A DNA stretch of 59,546 bases from Girardia tigrina (Eukaryota), in assembly GCA_001938485.1 (NCBI GenBank), contig MQRK01248723.1, positions 1-59,546 on the forward strand, in the 5' to 3' direction. Under the pieces are notes generated by a model. The model was not told the DNA's origin and searched no databases. It was given only the letters and a program-made list of their open reading frames with translations. Position 1 is the stretch's first letter; each line of letters begins with the position of its first letter. Below, piece after piece: positions 13,901 to 27,500 of the stretch. The position numbers were made by a program, and so were the translations under genes.

Positions 13901-16900
13901 TTAGATACAAAACTAAAATTGATTAAGATTTAAATATATTACTATCTCAAATGAAGCCAAAATTTAGGTGCTTGGAGGTAAAAAAGAGGGCGAACAACTA
14001 AAACGGCAACTGCTTTATTATATCAAAGAAAAAGTTTTAATGAAACAAATGACGATGATTTTCATACTCCAGATCCTTCGGTTAATAATCCTGACAATTT
14101 AAGTAATTAATAAAACGCTTAGTAGCCAATTTGTCTTTTTAAATCTATTTTTCTTATATAATATTAAAATTGTATCATATTATTATTTTTGTCGAATTTT
14201 TTATATAACTTGTCTCTATAATAAAATAAATTTGTTACAGAATTTTATCTATTTTGTTGCTAAAAATTATTTATTTTGTTGTCAATTGATAATTTATGTG
14301 TCGCTAAAAAAACCATAATTAGTTGCAAATTTTATTTTTTTAGTAGTTGAAATAAGTTTTAAGCCTTTTTGTTTACCTAATTACTTTAATTTTAAAATTA
14401 ACAAGAATAAAAAAAAATTCTAAAAAGTCAAAATTGGAAATTGAAAAATAAAAAAAAATTAAATCATTTTTGTCATTAATTAATGAAAAATGTTAGACAA
14501 AAAAACTAAGAATTAAAATATTATATATATATNNNNNNNNNNNNNNNNNNNNNNNNNNNNNNNNNNNNNNNNNNNNNNNNNNATATATATATATATATAT
14601 ATATATATAGAAAATTAATGGGGAAATCAAAGCAATAATACTCATTTGCATGAAAAATTATGATAAAGCTTTGAAAAATAATAGCTAAAAAAGATTTATA
14701 CAAAAGTTATTTTTCTTAGTGAGGTAAATATAGAATGATATCCGTTTTTATTGCTAATATTTTTTTTCATGAAAACGAAAGTTGAAATGTTGAAATAATT
14801 GTTGTTTTCTTGTTAATTTGGAAAAAAGATTTTTTTCTTGGTGTAGAGAAATACGGAAGAATTTACCTATATTATAATTTATTATTTTTGACAATAATTT
14901 CCATCGATTCAGATGCAATCTCAGCGGCCCTCAACGTCATCGGCAATTGATCCTTTAAATTCTCAAGTAAAGTTTATTTAACAATTCTTATCTATTTTAA
15001 AAATTTCAATTGGTTATTTTTCTGTAAGTAGTCCGACAATCAAAAATCTTTTTACAGCTTATTTAAGGAATAGAAGTAAATTCTAATTCCAAATATTTAT
15101 AGATGATAACCGTCTTTTCAACGCTACTTAAGGATTTTATTAAAATATTCATCGATTTTGTACTTTTTGAAGATAGGGGTTCCGAAAAATTTCGCATTTA
15201 TTGATTTTTGAAAATTGATATTGAAAATATTTGAAATGTAAATAAATTGATTGAATTCAAATAAATTTTCATGTTGTGCTCTTCTCATTTTTAGTAACAA
15301 CACGGTCCATGGAGGAACAAATCACTTTTGAAGAAAAGAAGTTTTTCATCGACACTAACAAAGAATGGTTTTTGGGCAACTGACATTCACCGTCTTATCG
15401 AAAACGCGTTAGGAGACATAATTACTGTCAGAAAGGTGCAGTAAATAGTGAAAGAATTTCATGATGGTAAATTTGAAGTATTTGATAAACGAGAAGAATC
15501 TGGAAGACCGCGAATTTCTGAAACACAAGAACATGTCTTATTGAGATTGACAAGTTCTTGAGCCTCACCAGTCTCTCTATGATCACCAAATCTACTATTC
15601 AATGTATTCTCACTCAAGAACTTTAAAAGATCGGTGCCCAAGTCAAATGGGTTACATATGGCTTGAGCGAATCTCAAAAACAAACTCGTGTGTCAGGATG
15701 CGAAGAAATTCGATGTGTTACGATGTCTCGCAACATTAGAAAAATTTTTTTTGTTACAGATGAGTAGTGACTATATGCTCGACATTTACCATCTTTGTCA
15801 TCCTCCAGAACGTGGGTCTATTTTGGGGGCCACAGACCACCGGTTGCCAGAAGAATGATACGTGACAAAAAGTTTCTGTGGCTAATGATCGCAAATTTTT
15901 ATAGTGACACCTACTTTGAGATTTTGAATCATGGAGAAACCGTTAATACAGAAAGGTATTTGGAATTCCTATCACGAATGTTTACAAATTTTCATATTAT
16001 GCGCCCAATCCTCATGTATTATAATGCTTGTCCGCTGTCGTCAGGATAGTACAAAATTTGCTAAAAGAAAAGAATATCAGCCTACACTGACAGCCCATTA
16101 TTCTCCTGATCTGAATTTAATGGATCGTTACATCTTTAGAAACTTTGAGATATTCCGAGGTTTGGATACTTTGTCAACAAAAGATTTAATAAGAGAAAAA
16201 ATCCGTGATTTTATAGAAACGTTTACTCCTGAGGAATTTAGCAAGCAGTTTACTAACTTTGTATCCAATGTTGGCAGAGTAATTGAAAGTGGTGGTACCT
16301 ATTTATAAATAATTATTCCACTTCATTCCACATTTTCTTGTTTTGCTAAATGTTATGTGATTGAATTTGTTAAAAATAAAACTTGACATACATATGATAT
16401 TGATTTTTAACCTTTTGGAATACAAATATATAAAAAATATTTTTGGAACCCCTTATAATTAGGAACGGGTTGAGCATTTTAATAGTTAACAAATAATAGA
16501 TGAACGGCGCAGGTTTTTCCTTCATGTCTCTCGCACCCAGGATGTATCATATATGATGCATAGTGACAAAAAGACTGTAAATGTTCCGAAATATAGAAAG
16601 GAGTGAAACGAGTTTATACATAAAAACGCTTTACTTCTTATGGTATTCTGTGAATCAGTTTCGAGATTAGTCCAATTTCTATTGAGTAAGATCAAAATTT
16701 TAAACGAAAAATCACTTGGTAAAAAATCTACAAAAAACTCTTAACACACATTTATTCCGACGACTCTCTCAACCATGTCTCAACACAAATGCCGTTTGGT
16801 GATTACATAATGATGCATACCATCTATGAAAATATTCGCAAAGCTTTATAGAAATTATATACGGTGAGCATATGAATCAAATTATTCTAACTTTCATACT

Positions 16901-19900
16901 ACAGCATTAAGAACGCGCGTATCACGTAGAATACAAGGTGACTTGCAAGGATTAATATTGATAGCTCATTTTCCTAATAAAACTTTTTGTATTTTATTAT
17001 TTTGGTCAATACTCGATTCATTTCTATTCGATTGAGCGCCTTAAGTTATTCTGGTATATGAGATGACTATTGGTTTCTCAAATGTACAGGGATTCATTCT
17101 TATGACATTTAAATTGATAAACTAGATTAGTTTGAACACGCAAAGGAGTTTGCGATTTTGATTTACAAATATCTTTTAGCAAAACAGTTTTAATAAATTT
17201 GGAATTTTGTAATAACTTTAATGGTTAACGAGTTATAGCAGCATTGATTTGCATTTATTTTTAACAAAAATATTCCATTTTAATTACACAAGAAACATTT
17301 ATTTTCGGCAAACTTATTGAATAAAATCATTTTTTATTTTATCTATTTGTAGAAAAATGAAATCGGAAGTGGCAAAAATCTGAATTTTTCTCTTAATGGA
17401 ACGAATAATGCATCGGATGTTGACATATTAATTAAAGAAGTATCTATTTTTTACAAGCACATATTTTGCTGATACCAAATATATAGAAAGAGACATTGCA
17501 AGAACAGTTGTATATGGCTAAAGGTCAACTGAAAATTGTTGAAGAGAATTTCAAAACCAATTTAAATCAAAGAAATGAAGAAATAAAATCATTGAAGGCC
17601 GATCTTTTTGCATCAAAAAGTGAATATGAAAAGACAATAAAAGTTCTTAAATCCAAATTGGAATTCAAAGAAGCATCTTTACATGGTGCCCAACAAGAAT
17701 TCATGAATTTGAAGTATGCTAATGAATCTTTGAATGAATCAATTCAAGGAGGTTATAAAACCATGATTTTTATTTTAAAATTATTTTTCATATAATATTG
17801 GCAAAATAACATGTATATATATGTATATATGTATATAATAATTGCAATTTTTAAAAATTTAAGGATTTTAAAATTTGAAGACTTCATTTTGTCCATTTCT
17901 TACCGTAATTGCCTTTGTTCTTTTTCAATCTTTGCTCTCCCAGTAAATATTTGCATTTTAGAATGAGTAGATGTGATTAACCTTTTCGCCCTTACCAACG
18001 ACAAACAGAGTGAAGACATTTCCAATTAATTATAAATAAAAAGATATAAAAATCAAAGAAGAGCGATATCAACTTGTAAAAGATACTATAGAAAATTCTT
18101 GTCAAGATAATTCTAATTGTAATAATAAACAGTGTTTTCAAAACCATTTTAATGATCTTATTAATTACATAAATGAAGACATCATCATATAAACAGATTA
18201 CAAAATCGCCAAATAACTTATTAAATTTATTTAAATCCTTTTTCTAAATTTATGTAGTACTGTTTATAGGGTTTTTGTGAAAATTGTTTAATCTAACATA
18301 CTTTTTCCACAACTGATCTTCATTTTCTTTAATTTCTCTTGCTGTGTTATTCAATATTTGATACTTCTTAAGTAATTTTCGCCATTTCTTGGAGATGGGT
18401 TTAAGAGATTTTCTGAGCTTTTTTTCTTTAATCACAACATAACAGCAAGTATATAATGCAAAATGTTTAGCAGCATAAATCATTTCGCTACTGCGGTCAA
18501 GAATGGAAGTCACTTCACTCATTACTTCATCATGAGCCTTTTTTTGATCATCTATAAAATTTTGACTTCCAATTAATTGAGCATGCTTATATGATGTTGA
18601 TGACAAAACTAAGTTGTGATTGTATGTACCATTTTTATTTTTTTGATTCTTATTCATTTGATAAATTTTCATTTGTTTCAATTTGAGTTCTTCTTTATAT
18701 TGTTTTAGATATTCATATTGTTCATTGACATAATCTTTATCGAGAGCTTTAATTAAATCTTTTAATTCTATTTTGTTTCTATTAAATACATTGATTAAAG
18801 CACTACCCCTGTAAACATAAATGAGGTTCTTTCCAACTCCGGGAGGACAACATTCATCGTTTAGATCACTTAATCTAAAGCATTCCCAACAACACTGGTG
18901 ATTGCAAGGTGTCAGTCTCAGTAATGTTCCAATTATAATATGTTCACATAAGCGACATATTTCTTTTGATGTAGTTAAAGATGTCATTTAATTTTGAAAT
19001 AACTTAAAATGCTATTAATATGAAGAACATAAATAAACAAATATTATTTAAACTATTTATTTGATACGGAAATATATAATGAAGAAATTTTATATTGTGA
19101 AGAAATCAACATCTAAATTTCACGCAATGGTTTGATTTACAAGGTGTGGTCTTTATTTTCAATCTATAAATTAGCTTATAAAGGTTTGTAAATTCTGATC
19201 CCAATTATACTGAGCAAGGTGATAGTTGTTCCTTTACTCTCATTACAACGTTGTGACCTGCTGGAAAAAAATGATAGAAAAATCAAAATTTCCAAAAAAT
19301 CGATCATGAGGCGTTGTTTCAGAAACAAATTTCTGTTCTCAAACCTAAAATAAAAGATTCATCAAAAATTGAATTATCTGATTGAATATATTCATCAGCA
19401 TGTGTACCCAATACATCTTCATTTGTATAACTGTTCGTTTCATAATCTTCTAGATCTTCAGACTCACCAGTGGTTATATCTTTCATTCTTTTAAAATTCC
19501 TTTATTGTTACTGTATTAGCTATATATATTTAAAGACAATATGTTTTTCTGAACCCTTTGTTTGAAAGAAAATTTCTTAATTATGATACTGGAAACTTAT
19601 GCTGGTTTATATATTTTGAAATTGATCAATTTGTTTTTTAAAATTATTCAATTATTTTCATCTTATTTCTTAATAGTTTCTGAATTTTCAGAATCTCTCC
19701 GTTTTCGAAACGGTCAAAATACATCCAATAGTATAATAATTATTATCTAATTTGTGATTTTTATTCATGTCAGTATTTGGTGTAAAATTTATTTTTCATT
19801 TGACTTTTAATTATATATTAACAAAGGTTTTTTAAGGTTTTCAACTGGGTGTAACCTAAGAAAATGTAGGTGTACAGTATAATATATTTATTTTTACTAA

Positions 19901-22765
19901 AAAATTGTTACATCACACATGTACACTGGATTTAAAGGGTTAAGAACAAAAAATGTCTTATATTTATTTAACAAGTATACAATTATAAATGACCTGGTGT
20001 AGGAGCGTGTATGTGCGAGAGGGAGAGAGAGTGGGTGGAATAGCACTGTGTGTATGTTTTAATGAACCCATGCTTTACCTATAAATAGCCAAATTTTTGG
20101 GTGTACATCTATAAAAGTTGGGTGTACATTGTACACCACAAATGACCTTAAAAACCCTGATATTAACAGTTACTTGAGTTGTGCCATCATGTAGATGTAA
20201 ATGACTAAAACCTAATTAGAAAATATTTTATCTTTTTATTATTTATTTATTACTTATTTTGTCTGAAGAGGACAATTAATCCTTCGAAATTAATAACACT
20301 GTATTTTTACATTCGTAATTTGTCTTTTTATTGTAATTTTTATATAAAAAATAGTAAGAAAATTTTCTAAAACATATTTCAAAGAAGTAAGTTCACTTTC
20401 TTTATTATATATTTCCGTATTATATATTATTCTATTTAGTAAATAAATTTTAGGAAGTTTTTCTTTATATAAAATGTATTTATTACATAAGAATCACATA
20501 ATATTAAATTTTTGTTTATATTAAAATTATTTAAAATTATATACTTATCAAATGACATCTTTAATCCAACCAACACCTTCATGTCACAGATGTGGTAACA
20601 GTATTTTTGGAACATTCATTAAACTAATGCCCAGTGACCGTCAACTATGTTTTGAATGTTTTATGACCAATTATCTGGAAGGGAAACATTCTCAAATTGA
20701 CGAAAGTGACAGCTCTATCCTTATTTTTGGCGCCCGTGGTGATGTACTTTGTGTTCTTGATAAAGATAAAATGACATTGAAAGATATAGTTAAATCTCTT
20801 CATAAGGAATACATCAATGATCATCATAAATATTTCAAAATGTATAAAGGAGAACTCAAATTAAAACAAAAGAAATTGGATCAAATAATACAGACTCAAA
20901 ATAAAAATTTTGATATATATAAACGCAATTTAAATTTGGCAACAAATTCATTGATACATTTTCACTTAATTCGAGGTCAAGCTTTTATTGAACACGTAAC
21001 GAAGGTCCATGATGTGATAATAAGCGAAGTGAATTCTATTCTTGAAGGTGTTATTGAAATATTTTTTGTTATTAAACAATTTATATACAACAGTTACTTT
21101 TTTATTAATATTAAAGAAAGAAAGTTCCGAAACATCGTAGAAACTATTTTTAAGAAGTGGTTGAAATTAATTGAGAAATATAATATTTTAGAGGTATCAC
21201 TGAAAGAAATTAGTAAAAAAGAAGACCTTTTATTGAGAAAATATACCGTATTGCTGTAATTATGGAAAAACATGACCCCACTGATATGAAATAACAGTTC
21301 AAATAAATTTTTTTATTTAATAACTTTATCAATAAATAAAATTTAGGTTTTCTTTTAAAAAAGTACCTTTAGTTTTTTTAATCATCTTTCAAAAATATAA
21401 AATTTTTCTTCACAATTTTTAAAATTAAAGATTAAATATGTGAGGAATATTTTAAATTGTATGAATGTGGGAATGTACTGATGCTGTATGTTGATTTGAG
21501 TATGTTGAAATTAGAATGGTTAATCTCCCACCCAGATGGAAATTTGTATTGTTTTGTATATTTACAAGATTGACTATTCGAACATACTTAAAATAATAAT
21601 TTGATAAGTTTATATTTTTTGAATTAACAATTAAAATTAAGTTAATATTTTTTAAAAAACAAAAAGAAAAGTATTTAATTAGTTTTAAATTAAATTCATT
21701 TTTAAAAATTTCATTAAATTTTTTTATTATATTGAGTTTTTATAAAGAAATAGTTAAAATTATTATTTTTTAAAAACAAAAACACGCCATTTGTTAAATT
21801 TATTTTTTACGACGGTATTATTAATTTCGACGGTATAACCGTCATCGTCAGGTCTCAAGAAAGAAATGAATTTTAAATCTGCTTATATAGGCAAGCAGTG
21901 ATTGTGTCATCAATGGATTATTATGTCATCTAAACACGCTTAATAGGGTTTTCGAGAGACCCGTCGATGACGATGATGGTTATACCGTCGAAATTAATTG
22001 TCGTAAAAAATAAATTTAACAAATGGCGTGTTTTTGTTTTTAAACATAATTTGCCATTATTTTTTAATTTTTGAATCATTATTATTTTTTATTAATGTTT
22101 TTATAAATTAAATATTTTAAAAGGAATTATAAAAAATCGTTCGAATAATCATGATTAAAAATAAAAATTAAAAAACCAAGTAGAGCGATGTCAAACGGTG
22201 AAAGATCTTGCGAGAGTTGTAATGACCCCAAATGTGATAGTGATAAAGATGCTAATGAAAATTGTCTCAATATTCTTAACAAAATAATTTAAAAATAAGT
22301 AAAAATTAACTGAAATGTTAATTTGTAAATTATCATTTTTATTTATTATTATAATTTTTAAATTACGGTAAGGCAATATTGCTTAATAAAATTACAATCT
22401 TGCAAATCTGCTATCAATGTGAACAAGTAAAGTATCTTTCTGTGCCACATGAAGTTTTAAATCAAGTTTAAAAAATTAAAAAAAATTGACAATAACGTTT
22501 TTAATTATGCTAAATAATTGTTGTTTTAAGTTATATTTTAGTTTGTCAATGTAAGGGGTCTAGATTTAATACGATTTCACAATTCTATCTAATTGGTATT
22601 TTCCAGTGAATATATGAGATACCAGATTGATAAGATTTGTAACTTTATAGTTATTCATTTTAAAATCATACAAATTTTGGAGTATTCCAACCCAAATGAA
22701 TTTAAGAACTAGAATTTGGGCAATCAACTTATTTTATGACGGAAGACTTCACGTCATTTAAACAT

Positions 22766-22817
<52 letters not shown>

Positions 22818-24486
22818 NNNNNNNNNNNNNNNNNNNNNNNNNNNNNNNNNNNNNNNNNNNNNNNNNNNATATATATATATATATATATGGTTGCCTCATA
22901 AGTTTTGTCGCAAAAAACACCAAAATACATTAACGGCACACCGTGGTTTTAGCCTGATCAATTCCCTCTACAATGTTCCTCGTTGTTGCACGCTTGTCTT
23001 CAGTCAGAAACTCGATTATCGTCTCGTCTATGTCAAAAGAGGGCCGCCCTTCGCGGACTTAATCGTCTGTGTTAAAAGTTGGTTTCATGAAAATTGGAAA
23101 TCCACCTTTCATATGTTCTCATTGAGACTGTTCCAACTCCAAGGTCCATGTTAATTTCGTCAGTCAGGTGTGAGGGTGTTAAATCCCTTTTCCAGCAATA
23201 GTAAATTAATATATAAGAGCGAATCAAATCCATTAGGATTATGAAAATGTGCGAAATTTACGAAAATGCTATAATTTTATTAAAACAAAAATTCATTTAG
23301 AACAGAAAATAAAAATTATTGGACATAAGTAGATCGCAAATGCTATTTTATCTAATTCACATTTTATTAGGGTATGCAAATATATAAGAATTATTTATGT
23401 GATGCAAGGATATCTGCAGTTAACATAGATATATGTGTGCGACAAAACTTATGAGCAACCCCATATATATATATATATATATAACTAAATACATATCAAC
23501 ATTACTGTAACTTTTTATAACCACATAATAAACTTTTTTTCAAAAGGATCTTTACGTTTAACTTATCACCTGTTTAAAATTTTAGGTAATTTTCCTAAAT
23601 TTACTACTGTGGTTTCTCCGAATTCTAATCGAGGAAGAAAAAGAATAAACGAAGCCGATGTTATTAAATCTCAAGTTCCTAAAAAGCAAAAAAGCTCATT
23701 TAAAGATTTGGGTAATAAATTGTAACTGAAAATTTATTTCAGTGTTTACTATAGTAAATTCTTTTTTTTCTAAAACGGATGCTGGAAATACGCACTATCC
23801 CGTTACTCACCCAGTTACTGTTTCAGTAATGAAAAATGAAAGTGCTTCAACATCCAAAGACATAATAACTAAACTGACACTTGTCCCACCAATAATGAAA
23901 CCAGATTCAAGTACAAATATAATACATCTAAATGAAAATGTCTGATTTTGAAATATTTATAAAATATTAACTCTTCCTTAGACTACAGACATTGAACAAA
24001 TATCCAAAGAAGTAAATAAACTTGAACATGTCCCGCAAATCATGAAACAAAATTCAAGTACAAATATAGTACGTCCAAATGAAAATGTGTGACTTCGAAC
24101 TGCTTATAAAATCTTTAATAACTGTTCTTTAGACTGCAAAAACTAAACCAACTGATTTAGTTCAATTAATCGAGCCATTTAACTTTACTTTAAATATATC
24201 GGATGAGAACAATTATTTGGATCTATTAAGCGTACCAGGAATAAAATGTCCTCAGGAATGTTGTGTTTCGTGAGTGATAATTATTATTACTTTGTATCTT
24301 TTTTATATAACTTTATTCGGAATATTTAATTGAGCTTTTTATATTCATCATCTTTATCCATTTCTCGAAATATTCCCTCTATTTGCCTGAAAGGCAATTA
24401 TGTTCAAATTAATCATTGGAAAATTTAAATCATTTTTATGTATTCGAATGACAATTTATTAATTTATTTACTGCTTCGTTTTACTA

Positions 24487-24541
<55 letters not shown>

Positions 24542-27500
24542 NNNNNNNNNNNNNNNNNNNNNNNNNNNNNNNNNNNNNNNNNNNNNNNNNNATATATATA
24601 TATATATATATATACATATATATGTATTTAGGGTGTATCATGAATGAAAAAAATCTGTAATTTCCATTTTCGGTAGTCATAAAAAATTGACCCAACATGT
24701 TTTGAAAGTATTCAATAAAAAATTTTTTTAATATTGCCACCCGCCAATGAATCAAAGATTTTGACCCTATAATACCAAATATTCTCTATATATTTTGCAT
24801 GTTAAAGGGGATAAAAACAAAACAAGTAGAAACTGTGAATAATTAAAGTACAGATTGAGATATGTTAATCAAAGTTCCAATCCTGCTTAGAGGAATAGCT
24901 TTTCTAGAAAGAAGTCTAGCTCGGATATAGCCATCTCTTCGCATAGAACCGTGTACAGCACTGGCGGCTTCCTTTACCAGTTTGACATGACGTTCAACAG
25001 TTTGAGAGTGACACGGAATAGATGTTTTTACGGCTGCATCAATATCTTCATCACTAATATTGGCTAGCAATGGAGGCTCTCTTCGTTCACAATCATCCCA
25101 ATTCACCCGATCACAGTAGCTCTCAGCTTGAAAGTTTATTGAGGGAATGCGAAATCTTCTTACACCATGACAAGTCTTCATACCTTGTCTTTCTTCTTTG
25201 ATTCTTCTTAATGCAACTTATCTTCCTTTTTTTCGTCAACTAGCATGGTCAAAATGATATTTTCTGGGGAACAAAATAAGTATTTCTTTGTACGCATGCA
25301 TCCACAACATGACGATTACCATTAGGAAGAAAACGGGAGAATTTAATTAGGCTCCATACGTGCACCTTGATAGGCTCCTTGTTAGCACTGTAGATTCAGT
25401 TTTATACGACACCACATTGGAGCATAAACGAGAAGAATATAATCTGTTAAGGCAAGAAGCTCCTCTGATGGTGACGCAGTTAAGACATAAAGTCGCAGAA
25501 TTCTGTTTGCCTCAGTGAGCCATCGTGAATGTACCAATTTACCTGGCTCTCTCTTTTCAAGAGTGGAGGAAACAGAGCCACACTTTATTGCCTTGCATAT
25601 TTCGTAAAGGTACTCCTGATCTTTACTCAATTCTTTCCGAACATCAGGTTGGATTTGACATTGCAGACAATTTTCCCTTACTCGAAATTAACAATATTCG
25701 TATCATGACAATGAAGCAGTATCTTTTATATTTCCCCGGTGAAAGCGTTTTGACCAGCAGCATATCCATCAAATTGTAATAGAAGGTGTCTCAGAAGCAG
25801 CTCATTGAAATGGAAAAGACATATCACCCTCTGTAACGGACTCCTCAGATGCAATTCTAATAATCTTGTAACACCATTATTGATACCTGTGGTAACGTTT
25901 GTGCCATCTGCACAGATAGCCCTGAGATTTTCCATGCTGATATTATTTTCGTTGAAATAATCCCGTATGGCTACAACAATGTCCCTTTCTGAGCCACTTT
26001 TAGGTGCTACATGACCAAGAAATTTCGAATTTGGTTCTTCAACAAGCACGAAGTGTTCTTCCACAATTGTACCTCGGGAGTCTGTCGAGATTTCGCACAG
26101 CGTCATATCTTTTCTCTCGTCAAAAAATAATGATTGTGGGGAGTTTGCGGATAAAGTCAGTTTTGCTTCTTTAGACAAATTCGCTCGTATCTTTTCTCTC
26201 TGACGTCACAATTTAGCACGGTCAATAGTTAAAGAGCTATTCTCCCCATCGATAACACCATAATCAATTAACGTGGCCGTAGCAATGGCAGCACCAGTAG
26301 TATTGGAAACCACATACTTGCCACATTCCCTAGTAACTGTAGGTAGTTCTATAAAATTTCTCTCTGATGTTTATTCACCTTTAGGGATAAAGCTTTCTTC
26401 TCGAGAACGGTAGTCTTCTAATTCACTTTCATCACCAATGTCTTCTACTCTATCCTCTGCACAATAATTTTCGACTTTGGTTCTTTCATAGTATCATTTT
26501 AGCTTCACTTGTCTTTCAATTTTCATTTGTAATGTTGATGTTGCTTCTTTATCATATCCACCTATTCGCATTTGCCTCGTTGTTCTTTGATCGACCAAGA
26601 ATTTCTGTTCTAATGATGGAATTTTAAATTGTTTTGAGCTATTACATATGAGAAAGTCAACACACTTACATGCTGCAATATCAAACAACTTGTGACTATG
26701 TTTAACTTTTTTCTTCATGACCAATTCATTGTATTCTCCCTTTTTCTTCAGATTATTCTTGTAATCGTTCTGCAATTTTTCTAGGCTGTTTTGGATTCTT
26801 CTTTGTGAAAGAACTGGGATACCATATTTCTGCCATATTTCCACTAGCGCCGTTGTAACACACGAAAGAATTTTCTTGCATTTTGTATTACTTGTTTCTC
26901 TCTCCTTTAGATGAAAATAAAATCTCATCACATATCCATTTGTCGGCAATAGAGTAGGAGGCAAGTCGCTGAGAAATCCATAAATGGGTTTCTTGTGTTT
27001 TGTTCGAGTTGTTATCATAACTGTAAATATAAAACAATATCCATATCATACACTACAGTCAAATTTAAAAATGCGGTATATATAATTCAAAAATAGAGGA
27101 AAAAGCATTTCATGCTAGATTACATGGCAACATATTGGGTATTTTAAATTGTCAATTATAAAAATCTATAACTATAATTTATAACTAACATTTAACTGAA
27201 AATTTAAAATAGTTAAAAACACACGTGTATAGCATGTAAACATGCATGTGTTGTTCTCGGTCTAGGACTCTAGGCACCATTTAAGTGTCGATATTGATTA
27301 TAAGCATATATAAACACATTGAATGAATGCAAATTAGAGCACTTATATAGGTATTATAGCAGCAAACACGCACCTAAAAACAATTTTATCAGATGCGACG
27401 CCACCGAACGTATATGCCAGCAAAAATTGAATTGGTGGGGGTATAAACGCAGTTTAAACAAACTTTTTGTCATATATTGTTGATATCTGTAATGTGGGGA

